The translations under genes were made by a program, and so were the position numbers. A stretch of 64,000 nucleotides of DNA from a bacterium. GTDB lineage: Bacteria; SZUA-182; DTGQ01. Where the stretch lies: positions 1 through 64,000 of the forward strand of contig JBFMGO010000015.1 in NCBI GenBank assembly GCA_040752695.1, given 5' to 3'. Below the pieces are notes generated by a model that did no database searches, was not told the origin of the DNA, and worked only from the letters and a program-made list of their open reading frames with translations. The stretch's first letter is position 1, and the number at the start of each line of letters is the position of its first letter. Positions 1-9,471 of this stretch are shown here, piece by piece.

Positions 1-349
1 TATTTAAAAATATTAATACTTTATATTATTTTTTAAAGATTATAATGGTATAATAATTGCAAGTATTATATGTTAAATATAAAATTTTGTATATATTGAT
101 ATTAGAGATTTCCCCGGCAATAGGAATCTGGAGCCCGATCTCAACAGTATAAGGACATTTCCCTTTGTATTTTATACAAAAAAGGGATGGCATCCAAGGG
201 TAAGTAAAATAACTATGAACAGATTGAATTGTTAATTAATTGAATAGTTAAGAGATTGAATGATTAACAGATTGAATGATTAATTGATTTGTTGATTAAT
301 CAGTTGAATGATTCATAAAGTAATTTACACGATGAGGAGGATATCGTAT

Positions 350-2287
350 ATGAGGAAGTCACTCTCTCTACTTATAGCCGGACTTATTGGCTTTGTTTTC
401 ATCTCATCATTCGAGCAGGTCTTTTTCGGGCAAGCCTTTTTCGGACAATTCGGGCAAACCTTTTTCCACGAGGCAAGCGCTTCACAAATCCCACAGTTTG
501 ACTGGACGATTCCACCACTTGGGGTATGGTATTTCAACAGCCCCTCCGGCGTAGCTGTAGACAGGAACGGCAATGTCTACGTTGCTGATACGAATAATCA
601 TCGCATCCAGAAATTCAACTCTCAGGGCACCTTCCTGGCCAGATGGGGAAGTTACGGTACAACTGATGGTCAATTCATTTCTCCTGCCGGAATAGCCGTG
701 GATACGAGCGGCAATGTCTACGTTGCTGACACGAATAATCATCGCATCCAGAAATTCAACTCCCAGGGCACCTTCCTGACCAAATGGGGGAGTTACGGCA
801 CAACTGATGGGCAGTTCAATTCCCCTGCCGGAGTGGCCCTGGATACGAGCGGCAATGTCTACGTTGCTGATACGAATAACCATCGCATCCAGAAATTCAA
901 CTCTCAGAGTACCTTTTTAACCAAATGGGGAAGTTTCGGTGCAGCGGACAGGCAATTCAGCAACCCTTCTGGAGTAGCCGTGGATAGCAATGGGAACGTC
1001 TATGTGGCTGATTCCTGGAACCGGCGCATTCAAAAATTCAACTCCTCTGGCTCCTACCTGGCTACATGGGGAATTTGGGGCTCTGAGAGCGGGCAATTTA
1101 ACCTCCCCTCTGGAGTAGCCGTGGATGGCAGCGGTAATGTTTATGTAGCAGATACGTGGAATTACCGCGTTCAGAAATTCAACTCTCAGGGCACCTTCCT
1201 GGCAGAATTTGGAAGCTGGGGCTCAGGGAACGGGCAATTCGATTCCCCTTTGGGAGTGGCCGTAGATACGAGCGGCAACATCCATGTTGCTGACACTGAT
1301 AATAACCGCATTCAAAAGATCCGGTCTGATGGTGCCTTTCTTTCAGCCTGGGAAAACGCGGGCTCAGGGAGCGGGCAATTTTCCTCCCCCTCTGATGGAG
1401 CCGTGGATACGGCTGGCAACATTTACATAGCTGATACTGGTAACCACTGCATTCAGAAATTCAACTCTCAGGGTATCTTTCTGACTAAATGGGGGAGCAG
1501 AGGTTCAGGGAACCTGCAATTCAACTCCCCTTCAGGCGTAGCGGTGGACAGAAACGACAATGTCTATGTATCTGACACGAACAACCATCGCATTCAGAAA
1601 TTTACCATCAATGGTGTTTTCCTGACCAATTGGGGAAATCTGGGTTCAGGGAATGGACAGCTCTATTCCCCTTCGGGAATAACGGTGGATTCGAGCGGCA
1701 ATGTTTACGTAGCTGATACCGGCAACCATCGCATTCAGAAATTCACCCCTCAGGGTACCTTCCTGTCCAAATGGGGAATCGCAGGTTCATCGGATGGGCA
1801 GTTCTACTCCCCGTCGGGAGTAGCCGTGGATGCGAGCGGCAACATCTATGTGGCCGATACTTACAATCACCGCATCCAGAAAATCAGCCCCTATGGCATA
1901 CTCCTGGCCAAATGGGGAACCCTCGGCGCAGGGAACGGACAATTCAATTTCCCCCATGGAGTGGCCATAGACAGCAGCGGTAATGTCTATATAGCCGATA
2001 CGAGTAACCACCGCATCCAGGAATATACCTCTGATGGTACTTTTGTGACCTCATGGGGAGGTTACGGCTCAGGAAATGGGCAATTCAATTATCCTCATGG
2101 GGTGGCTGTGGATGACCATGGAGGCATCTATATTATTGATACGAGTAATCACAGGGCCCAGAAATTTACTCTTGGAGTATCCGCTCTGTCAGTGCCTGTG
2201 TCATCGAGCTCTGTGGCTGTATTTTTATTGGCTGCCGGAATACTCTGTCTAGCGGGGGTAAAGAGAAAACGCCCGGCAGGCGAATAA
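350..2287 (+). CDS. Secreted NHL-repeat (beta-propeller) protein with C-terminal membrane anchor/sorting-like signal
   Basis: 12 repeats of ~47 aa (F.SP.GVAVD..GNVYVADT.NHRIQKF); N-terminal signal; C-terminal VP-linker, TM helix and KRKR; GAGGAGG RBS before ATG 350. Confidence 0.9.
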   Translation: MRKSLSLLIAGLIGFVFISSFEQVFFGQAFFGQFGQTFFHEASASQIPQFDWTIPPLGVWYFNSPSGVAVDRNGNVYVADTNNHRIQKFNSQGTFLARWGSYGTTDGQFISPAGIAVDTSGNVYVADTNNHRIQKFNSQGTFLTKWGSYGTTDGQFNSPAGVALDTSGNVYVADTNNHRIQKFNSQSTFLTKWGSFGAADRQFSNPSGVAVDSNGNVYVADSWNRRIQKFNSSGSYLATWGIWGSESGQFNLPSGVAVDGSGNVYVADTWNYRVQKFNSQGTFLAEFGSWGSGNGQFDSPLGVAVDTSGNIHVADTDNNRIQKIRSDGAFLSAWENAGSGSGQFSSPSDGAVDTAGNIYIADTGNHCIQKFNSQGIFLTKWGSRGSGNLQFNSPSGVAVDRNDNVYVSDTNNHRIQKFTINGVFLTNWGNLGSGNGQLYSPSGITVDSSGNVYVADTGNHRIQKFTPQGTFLSKWGIAGSSDGQFYSPSGVAVDASGNIYVADTYNHRIQKISPYGILLAKWGTLGAGNGQFNFPHGVAIDSSGNVYIADTSNHRIQEYTSDGTFVTSWGGYGSGNGQFNYPHGVAVDDHGGIYIIDTSNHRAQKFTLGVSALSVPVSSSSVAVFLLAAGILCLAGVKRKRPAGE

Positions 2288-2426
2288 TTGATTCTATATC
2301 GTTGCCTGTTTAGCAGTACCGGTATTCATTAACATTCATTAATATTCATTAACATTTATGAATATTCATTTTTCCCGGCAGGCTTGCAGGCTTTCGGCCA
2401 AGGCCGGGAAAAACAGGGAAAAACAA

Positions 2427-2453
2427 GGGCCGGGGAAAAGCCCCCCCGGCCCC
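2427..2453. terminator. GC-rich hairpin between convergent genes (possible terminator)
   Basis: gggccgggg-aaaagcc-cccccggccc inverted repeat. Confidence 0.45.
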
Positions 2454-2517
2454 AAGGCAAGCACAAGAAAGAGATTACCTTGCCAAAGGTTCTCTTATCA
2501 ATCATCCCCAGGTTCTC

Positions 2518-4536
2518 TTACCAATCGTCCCCGTTTCCGTCAGATGGATGATGATATTCCTGACCGTGACACAGAACCGAACACCAGTCGTTACCTCTGC
2601 CAGGGGTGTTGTCATAGCCAGCGGGGTCATCACATTTCCAGAATTTCGTCACCCACATATTTGAAAGGTCGTTGTTAAAGGCGTACCGGCTCGGCATGGT
2701 GCCGTTCTGGTCTCCAATCAATCTGGACAGCTTGGCTCCGTGAGGAACCATGATGTGGCACCTCACGCATTCGGGTCCATCGGGCCATCCGGCAGCATGA
2801 GAGATGTGGACATTGGTGTTATCCTGAACTCCATATTTATTCTTGGAAAAGCTCACCGTTGAATGGCAGTTCAGGCAAAACAGACCATTTCCGTCAGGAT
2901 TTCCGTCTTTCACCGATCTATGATTAGGAGTGGCAGTATTGCCGATTTTTCGTAAGGTGCCTGTTCCCGTTCCGTTCTCTGAAGCCTGAAGGGTGGGCCA
3001 TGCCCTGTTTCTTCCTTTAAGCATCCATTTGACTGTCGAACCGTGCGGTCCCTGGGCTGTAGTCCCGGAAATTTCGTTGTTGCTATGACAGTCGGAGCAC
3101 ATCATGGTTTTGCCTGTTGCGGAGAAGTAGTAACCGACCTTAGATGACGCGTCCGGAGGTACGCCGCCAATAGGGACTCCCGTGGGAGCCTGCCAGGCGA
3201 TCCATTCCTCTACCTCGAACCAGGTAGGCTGACTTTGCACAACCCGGCCTGTGGCAATTTTCTGCGAACTTCCCGGACCATTGCAAATAACGACCCAATA
3301 ACCCACCAGTGATGGCAGGTATTGATGAAAGTTCTTAGAAGTGTCCGTGATTCTGACGCCAGCTTTGGCACCCATCCCTGCGTAGTATTCGATGGAGTAA
3401 ACCACATCGTACTTGTCTGTTCCGGACGCGAGCCCTGTCAAACCCTGCCATGAAATGCTGAGGCTGGTCGCAGTATTCGAGTTGATTTTACCAACCTGGT
3501 TGAAGGTGTAACTTCCGGATCTCGTCAGTGTCCCCACCCGTATTCCCCAATTTGCCCATTGGCCAGGCTGCCATGTCTTGCCATTGCCTGCGGCAGGATC
3601 AATGGTAAGAGAGAAATCGACAGCTTGAGTGGCAAGGCCGGAGTCACCAATGAGAAGGCTCGTAAAGGGGGCAGGCAGCCGGCCGGAACAGCAATCGTTG
3701 CCGGGGTCCGTATCAGGAAGGGCCTGAACGGCGGGGTGATAGGAGTTGTTCTTTGAACTAAACTCCAGAGCAGCATTTGTCCATGATTGAGGCCCGGATC
3801 CGCCCCATGAAGAGAAGCTGGTATTGTAATCGCTGTGGCACTTGAAGCAGATCTGGTATTCTTTTGTTGCCGTGGTTGATGTTACGGGCCATGAGGACAC
3901 TCCACTCCAGTTGCTGCTCCCCCATGCTGCCGGCTCTACGCCAAAGGCACCCTTAAGAGGACCTCCGGCGGTTTCGTTCGTAACGGCTGCAAGATGAAGC
4001 CCTGCATTGGTTGCCAGTTCGTTATGCAAATTATTGGCTGCGCCATGAGGATTATGACAGTCGTCGCACTCTACATGCTTGTTTGCCGACAGGTAGACCC
4101 TGGTTTCCTCTTTCGGCGAAAATTTGTGGAGGCCGCTGTAACCCGTTACATTGTGCCTGTACGTCTTGCTGAACACGGACGGAATGCCGGCAGGAGCGCC
4201 GGACATACCACCAACCTGCTGAGAATCACTATTCGTATGGCACTGCATACAAAAGTCGGGGCTATCCAGGCCAGCAAACAGCATTGTCTGTTCTATACCA
4301 CAAACATTGGGATTAAAAGCATCATGACAGTGGGTGCAGTCTCCTGTCGGACACACCGTGCCCTCCGGACAGTCCGTGTGGCCGGAGCGGTTAACTCCGG
4401 CTGATGTGTTACCATGGGCCGTATCGATATAAGCTGCAAATACCGGATGCTGGAAACCAAAAATCCATACCATCACCGATATGACTACCAAAACTGCGAA
4501 CCGTAAGTATCGGGCTTTATATTCGTTAATTTTCAT
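2518..4536 (-). CDS. Secreted multiheme c-type cytochrome (7 CxxCH + 1 CxxxCH)
   Basis: CTHCH, CMQCH, CDDCH(NPH), CFKCH, CSDCH, CLNCH, CVRCH, CSVLCH; Sec-type signal peptide. Confidence 0.9.
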   Translation of the reverse strand: MKINEYKARYLRFAVLVVISVMVWIFGFQHPVFAAYIDTAHGNTSAGVNRSGHTDCPEGTVCPTGDCTHCHDAFNPNVCGIEQTMLFAGLDSPDFCMQCHTNSDSQQVGGMSGAPAGIPSVFSKTYRHNVTGYSGLHKFSPKEETRVYLSANKHVECDDCHNPHGAANNLHNELATNAGLHLAAVTNETAGGPLKGAFGVEPAAWGSSNWSGVSSWPVTSTTATKEYQICFKCHSDYNTSFSSWGGSGPQSWTNAALEFSSKNNSYHPAVQALPDTDPGNDCCSGRLPAPFTSLLIGDSGLATQAVDFSLTIDPAAGNGKTWQPGQWANWGIRVGTLTRSGSYTFNQVGKINSNTATSLSISWQGLTGLASGTDKYDVVYSIEYYAGMGAKAGVRITDTSKNFHQYLPSLVGYWVVICNGPGSSQKIATGRVVQSQPTWFEVEEWIAWQAPTGVPIGGVPPDASSKVGYYFSATGKTMMCSDCHSNNEISGTTAQGPHGSTVKWMLKGRNRAWPTLQASENGTGTGTLRKIGNTATPNHRSVKDGNPDGNGLFCLNCHSTVSFSKNKYGVQDNTNVHISHAAGWPDGPECVRCHIMVPHGAKLSRLIGDQNGTMPSRYAFNNDLSNMWVTKFWKCDDPAGYDNTPGRGNDWCSVLCHGQEYHHPSDGNGDDW

Positions 4537-4598
4537 CGCCTAACCTTTCATCATGAGTTAATAGTAGCTACTTGTCTTCCTGATATCGAGCAGGTTAG

Positions 4599-4673
4599 GT
4601 ATAAGTCTTTGAATTTATTAAGAATGATGAATCTTCAGCCCTTAAACCAACATACCTAAATTCAGTAACTTAG
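4599..4673. repeat. Copy 1 of a ~75-bp element with terminal inverted repeats
   Basis: Aligns with 5116-5190 (shared TTTGAATTTATTAAGAATGA...AACCAACATAC...AATTCA); imperfect terminal inverted repeat. Confidence 0.75.
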
Positions 4674-4984
4674 CAGGGGCATGCTCAATATCGGTTCTCA
4701 ATACGACTATTTTAAAATATTAACAAAATTGCAAAAAATAATCAAATTGAGCGTAAGAACCACGTCTGTCTTTGGCCTGTATATAACTCTTTATCATCTT
4801 GAAATGGAAACAGATCTCAAAATCAGTTTCATCATTTTTTTGACAGAAGGAAACGAAGAGATATAGAATATTAACAAGAGATGTAGTATATTAATATAAG
4901 ATAGCGGCTTGTCCAAAAATAAGATAAGAGCAGCCACTTATCATCATTAACCACAGTAAAAAAAGACTATATTTTAAGTATAGA

Positions 4985-5052
4985 TAACCCCAGAAACGCA
5001 GAGGAGACCCGGGTATTTTTCTCTTCTGTGTACCTTGTGTCTCTGGGGTTTT
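4985..5052. repeat. REP-like palindromic element
   Basis: aaccccagaaacgcagag ... tgtgtctctggggtt inverted arms. Confidence 0.45.
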
Positions 5053-5115
5053 TATTTTGAGATTTATTAATTCCTTAACGGTCGGGTGCTTAAGACCCAT
5101 AGTGCACAGATGTGA

Positions 5116-5190
5116 GTATAACTTTTTGAATTTATTAAGAATGACGATTTTAGCCCATCGAACCAACATACAATGAATTCAAAAAGTTAG
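5116..5190. repeat. Copy 2 of the ~75-bp element, with a perfect 14-bp inverted repeat
   Basis: TAACTTTTTGAATT (5119-5132) / AATTCAAAAAGTTA (5176-5189). Confidence 0.75.
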
Positions 5191-5616
5191 AAATAATCTG
5201 TTCACCAGGGCCAAAGCCTGCCTTCATCAGGGCAGGCATATTGATCATTGATATTGATGGCAATGGCAAAGGATTACTCTGCCCCGATGTATGGCGTATC
5301 GTAATGCCATACTGGTAACGCCCCATGGTGTCAAGCCAAGTGGAGGGGCAAAAAGCACTCTAGATGCACCGCTGCCCAGTGAGACTTTAGGCCACTGCCA
5401 CGATCGGCTTGATTCTGCTATTGATTCTGCTATCTGTAGCGAGATGACACAGAGAGAAACAAGGTATGCACTCTCTCATCTGTGGTCTGGGTGTGGTGAG
5501 ACGGTATTTGTAATTTTTATATATAATTATGAGCCGTCACGATTATGAACCGTCACTGAAGAGAGCTACACGAGGCAGGGACATCAGGTATTACTTTTGA
5601 CGTAAGGAGAAAAAAG

Positions 5617-8277
5617 ATGAATCTTACAAAGACCTGGTTAGGGTTGCTGACAGCAGGTTTTGTTGTCTTATGCATTGCCTTCTTTCCCGGAAATGCGGCA
5701 TGGTCTGCACCGTTTCATCACCAAAGCGACTGCACGGCATGCCATGATCCTGGCAATGCCACTTCAAATCTGGCTGCAATTGCAGAACAGATACAGGGGG
5801 AAAATGTCGTATTTCAGATTCGACCCGAACACTATGCCGACGGCAGCGGAAGCCGTATCTGTGAAGTATGTCATACCACAACGAAGTATTATCGAACGGA
5901 CGGTACATCTCCGTCCGGCGACCATCATCTTGGAGAGGATTGTTCAGCGTGTCATTCCCATTGCGGAGAATTTTCCCATAATGGCGGTGCAGGGACCGGT
6001 TGCGTAGCATGTCACGGCCACGATAGCGGATACGAGTATGAGCCGGGGCAGCTAAGCCCGGGGGCAGGCACTTTCAGAAGTCACTCCACGCACACGGAGC
6101 ACGATGACGATGATTTAAGAGGACCTTTCATCGATTGCGGTGCATGCCACGATACTGCCAATTTCCCCTTCTTCCAATCCGGAACGGACAGCAACGGAGA
6201 CGGACATTACGATCTTTCGGAAACGGATATCTGCGACGCATGTCACAGCCCGTCCGGTGCCTATGACGGAGTAAGCAATGCGGTGATCGGAGCAAAAGCC
6301 AATTGGCACGGCGGAGTATACCGGCAGGAGGGAGACCAGGAGTTGAAACCCGGTCTGGAAAACTGGTGTGCCGGCTGTCATGACGACGGCCAATCGGTCT
6401 GTGCGGGAATATCCGCTCCGAACGTTATGGGCGATAATGCCACGTATGGATACAACGTTAGCGGCCACAAGATCACCTGCTCAGCCTGTCATATTGTGAA
6501 CGGACCCCATATAGACGGTGATGCCCGTACCTATTCACACGACTCTAATCCGTTCAATCCCGATGATCCTCATAATTACCGGAATGGATATCGCCTTGCA
6601 TATTCCATGATCATTCCTTTGGGCAACGGTCCTCAAGGCGGTTTTGCCGCAGATCGGTTTGCCCTCTGCTTTACCTGCCACAACTATGACCAGATTCTGG
6701 GTGGCAACACTCCTTACATGACCAATTTCCAGGATGACAATGTCAACCGGCACCGGGCACATATCAGCTCCGGGAGGACGTCATGGGATTCGGACTGGGA
6801 TTATTTGCAGGTGCCTGATGAAATCATTGTTGATAATTTAAATGCTCTTGTCGTGGGCGATTGGCCTTCCTCCACTATTCCGGCAGGGTATTATGGAACC
6901 GATTTTCAATGGCATGTTGCTGGAGACGGCAGCAGCACGGTTACCTGGATTTCTCAGATCCCGTGGAGCGGAGATTACAAGGTCTACGCCCGGTGGACTG
7001 CAAGTACCGATCGGGCCACGAATGCCCCGTATTCCATCGTGTACGATGGCGGAACCTATACGGGAACGGTAAATCAACAGGTTAACGGCGGCACCTGGTC
7101 GCTTTTGGGAACGTTCTCTTTTATCGAGGGAACTTCCGGCTATGTCCAGCTCTGTGACCTGGCAGATGGTACGGTTGTAGCTGATGCCGTTAAATTCGGT
7201 GATCCCCTTATCGACTCCCGCATCAGTTGCCCTGCCTGCCATAATGTACATGGCTCTCCCAATCCGGTAATGATTCGCCACGGGGAATTGATCAGCACAT
7301 CCGGAACCGGGGACAAGGTACCTGCCTTGAGCTTCCGCTGGTACAAGGCGGATGGCTACACTCCCACCATCTTTGGTGAAGAAAGCGCGTATGGAGATAT
7401 GCCGGTACTGGGAGGACCTGGAGGCGGAACACTGGAGGAGAGTATGGTGTGCAGCGCCTGTCACAGCGGCCCGGCACCTATCAAATACGACCGGACCTAT
7501 CAGGCACTTGGTGTGCCCACTGGTTCCTGGGACAGACCATCGCTTCCACCTTCGATACGATTTTTAAACCCTCAGCCGGAAAGCCAGAACATTGCCGTAA
7601 ATCGCACCTTAAGCTGTATGCTTCTCTCCAATGGCCAGGATGCTCTTGACTGGACCACCTTCACCATTTCTCTTCAGGGCGATCTCTCTTATTCGCAAAC
7701 CTATACGGATGAAGACACCGGTGTGATTTCGGTAACAGGAACATCGGCCTGTTATCAGGTGACAATTGATCCTGTTTTTGATTTCAACGACCAGGAGCAG
7801 ATTACGGTCACGGTATCGATTGAGGATGCGGCCGGCCACAGCCTGACCTCGCCTGCCTGGGCTTTTACCACAGGGGTTTCCTCTCCGGTCATCTGGAGAA
7901 CTCCCCAGGCGGTTCATTCCGAGGATCTTTTCTGGTTTCCCGAATACCTGATTGACGATCATCCTGAGACGGGAAACAAGTACGCTCCTTTTGCCGGTCA
8001 TTGGGTAATTTTTGATTTGGGACAGAGCTACGAGGTAACCCAGATCCAGCTTCTTCTCTCGTCCGACTATAACAGCAGGCTTTGGGACATCTTTGTCAGC
8101 GACGATCCAGGCGATTTTGGCACTGCGGTGAAAGCCGGCTGGCTGGCGCAGCCTGATCCGGCTGGAACGAGCACTTCTGTCACTCCCAAACAGGGAAGAT
8201 ATCTCAAACTCTTTACAGGAATGGGACCAATAGAAACAGGCACGCTTAAGGAAGTAGACTTTGCCATACAGAACTGA
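5617..8277 (+). CDS. Secreted 11-heme c-type cytochrome with an inserted golvesin/CBM-like domain and C-terminal Ig-like and discoidin-like domains
   Basis: 11 CxxCH motifs; IIVDN...GYYG...Y.VYARW....RATNAPY...VNQQ.NGG.W..LG.F...V.ADAVKF signature; AAGGAG RBS; signal peptide. Confidence 0.88.
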   Translation: MNLTKTWLGLLTAGFVVLCIAFFPGNAAWSAPFHHQSDCTACHDPGNATSNLAAIAEQIQGENVVFQIRPEHYADGSGSRICEVCHTTTKYYRTDGTSPSGDHHLGEDCSACHSHCGEFSHNGGAGTGCVACHGHDSGYEYEPGQLSPGAGTFRSHSTHTEHDDDDLRGPFIDCGACHDTANFPFFQSGTDSNGDGHYDLSETDICDACHSPSGAYDGVSNAVIGAKANWHGGVYRQEGDQELKPGLENWCAGCHDDGQSVCAGISAPNVMGDNATYGYNVSGHKITCSACHIVNGPHIDGDARTYSHDSNPFNPDDPHNYRNGYRLAYSMIIPLGNGPQGGFAADRFALCFTCHNYDQILGGNTPYMTNFQDDNVNRHRAHISSGRTSWDSDWDYLQVPDEIIVDNLNALVVGDWPSSTIPAGYYGTDFQWHVAGDGSSTVTWISQIPWSGDYKVYARWTASTDRATNAPYSIVYDGGTYTGTVNQQVNGGTWSLLGTFSFIEGTSGYVQLCDLADGTVVADAVKFGDPLIDSRISCPACHNVHGSPNPVMIRHGELISTSGTGDKVPALSFRWYKADGYTPTIFGEESAYGDMPVLGGPGGGTLEESMVCSACHSGPAPIKYDRTYQALGVPTGSWDRPSLPPSIRFLNPQPESQNIAVNRTLSCMLLSNGQDALDWTTFTISLQGDLSYSQTYTDEDTGVISVTGTSACYQVTIDPVFDFNDQEQITVTVSIEDAAGHSLTSPAWAFTTGVSSPVIWRTPQAVHSEDLFWFPEYLIDDHPETGNKYAPFAGHWVIFDLGQSYEVTQIQLLLSSDYNSRLWDIFVSDDPGDFGTAVKAGWLAQPDPAGTSTSVTPKQGRYLKLFTGMGPIETGTLKEVDFAIQN

Positions 8278-8326
8278 TGCGTGCATTTTCTGTGTATTCT
8301 AATGTAATGAATGAGGAGAATAATAG

Positions 8327-9025
8327 ATGAAACAATATATATGGAATATCATATTGGGAAGTATAGTAATGCTCGCGGGATTTGCGTATTCCCTGGAAGC
8401 TGCCACCTTTTTTGTTCCCTCCATGAAATATCCTACCATTCAGGAGGCAATTTCTATGGCACAGAATGGAGATAAGATTAAGATTTCTCCTGGGATATAT
8501 CGTGAAAACCTGATCATTGATGGAAAAACCATAGAAATTGATGGTACAAATCGGGAAAAAACTATCCTCGATGGAGGGAATAAGGCACCTTGTATTATCC
8601 TAAAAAACGGGAGCGACTGCCAAATCCAGAACTTGACCATCAGGCATGGAAACGCGAAACCAAATGGAGGTGAGGGCGGCGGCATTGCCTGTTATCAATC
8701 CAGCCCTACGATTCAAAATATTCTTTTTAGCAACAACGTTGCTGATAGAGGGACGGGAGGAGCAATTTTCTGTTTTCAGTCCTCTCCTATCATCAAAAAC
8801 AATGAGTTTTACCAAAACAGAGCCTCTTATGGTGAAGGAGGGGCTATTTATGCCTTTCGATCGAAACCGGCCCTCTCTCATAATACCTTTACTGAAAATC
8901 AGGCATTGCGTGGAGAAGGCGGGGCGGTTTCCCTCATTGAGTCTGAGGCGGATATTAAAGGTAATACTCTTATCGGTAATCGCGCTGATAGGGAGAAAGA
9001 TATTCATTGTTATTGGAAAGAATGA
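8327..9025 (+). CDS. Secreted right-handed parallel beta-helix (pectin-lyase-like fold) protein
   Basis: VP..YPTIQ.AI..A..GD.I.I.PG.Y.E N-terminus; repeated F..N.A...GGAI motifs. Confidence 0.8.
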   Translation: MKQYIWNIILGSIVMLAGFAYSLEAATFFVPSMKYPTIQEAISMAQNGDKIKISPGIYRENLIIDGKTIEIDGTNREKTILDGGNKAPCIILKNGSDCQIQNLTIRHGNAKPNGGEGGGIACYQSSPTIQNILFSNNVADRGTGGAIFCFQSSPIIKNNEFYQNRASYGEGGAIYAFRSKPALSHNTFTENQALRGEGGAVSLIESEADIKGNTLIGNRADREKDIHCYWKE

Positions 9026-9028
9026 AAC

Positions 9029-9092
9029 ATCAGGAAAGATCATCCCGGGAGAATCATCCCAGGAGAATCATTCCAAGAGAATCATTCCAGGA
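9029..9092 (+). repeat. Short degenerate tandem repeat (~14 bp, ATCATCCCAGGAGA-like, ~4 copies)
   Basis: gatcatcccgggagaatcatcccaggagaatcattccaagagaatcattccagg. Confidence 0.7.
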
Positions 9093-9471
9093 GGGATGAG
9101 ATTCCACCAAAAAGGGCGCAGCATGCTGCGCCCTTTTTGCATTCTGCATCCCTGCTGCACCGGAATGTTGTATAAACGGCTTAAGCCTCAATAAGAAAAG
9201 GTGGGGAGGAGGTATTTTTGGAGAAGGACTTATGTTCATCGGATTTGAGTACGTACCATGGGATAGGTTAGGTTGAAAGCATCCGCAGCAAAGGCCGCCG
9301 GAGGATTTCGACAGGTTTTTTGACAGCTCTTTGCCCTTGTGAAACGTGGTTGATTGATCAGCCTGCCCATGCCGATAAAGGAATAAGAATTATCCGGACA
9401 CAGGCAGTATCAGTATGGTGATGTTGGCACAGTTGGCAGATACGCAGGATGCACACGCGGGGGAGGAGGCT

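Noticed and set aside
5200..5550. Possible c-di-GMP riboswitch or small ORF upstream of the cytochrome
   Set aside because: Hairpins are present but I could not match the GEMM consensus; a covariance-model search is needed
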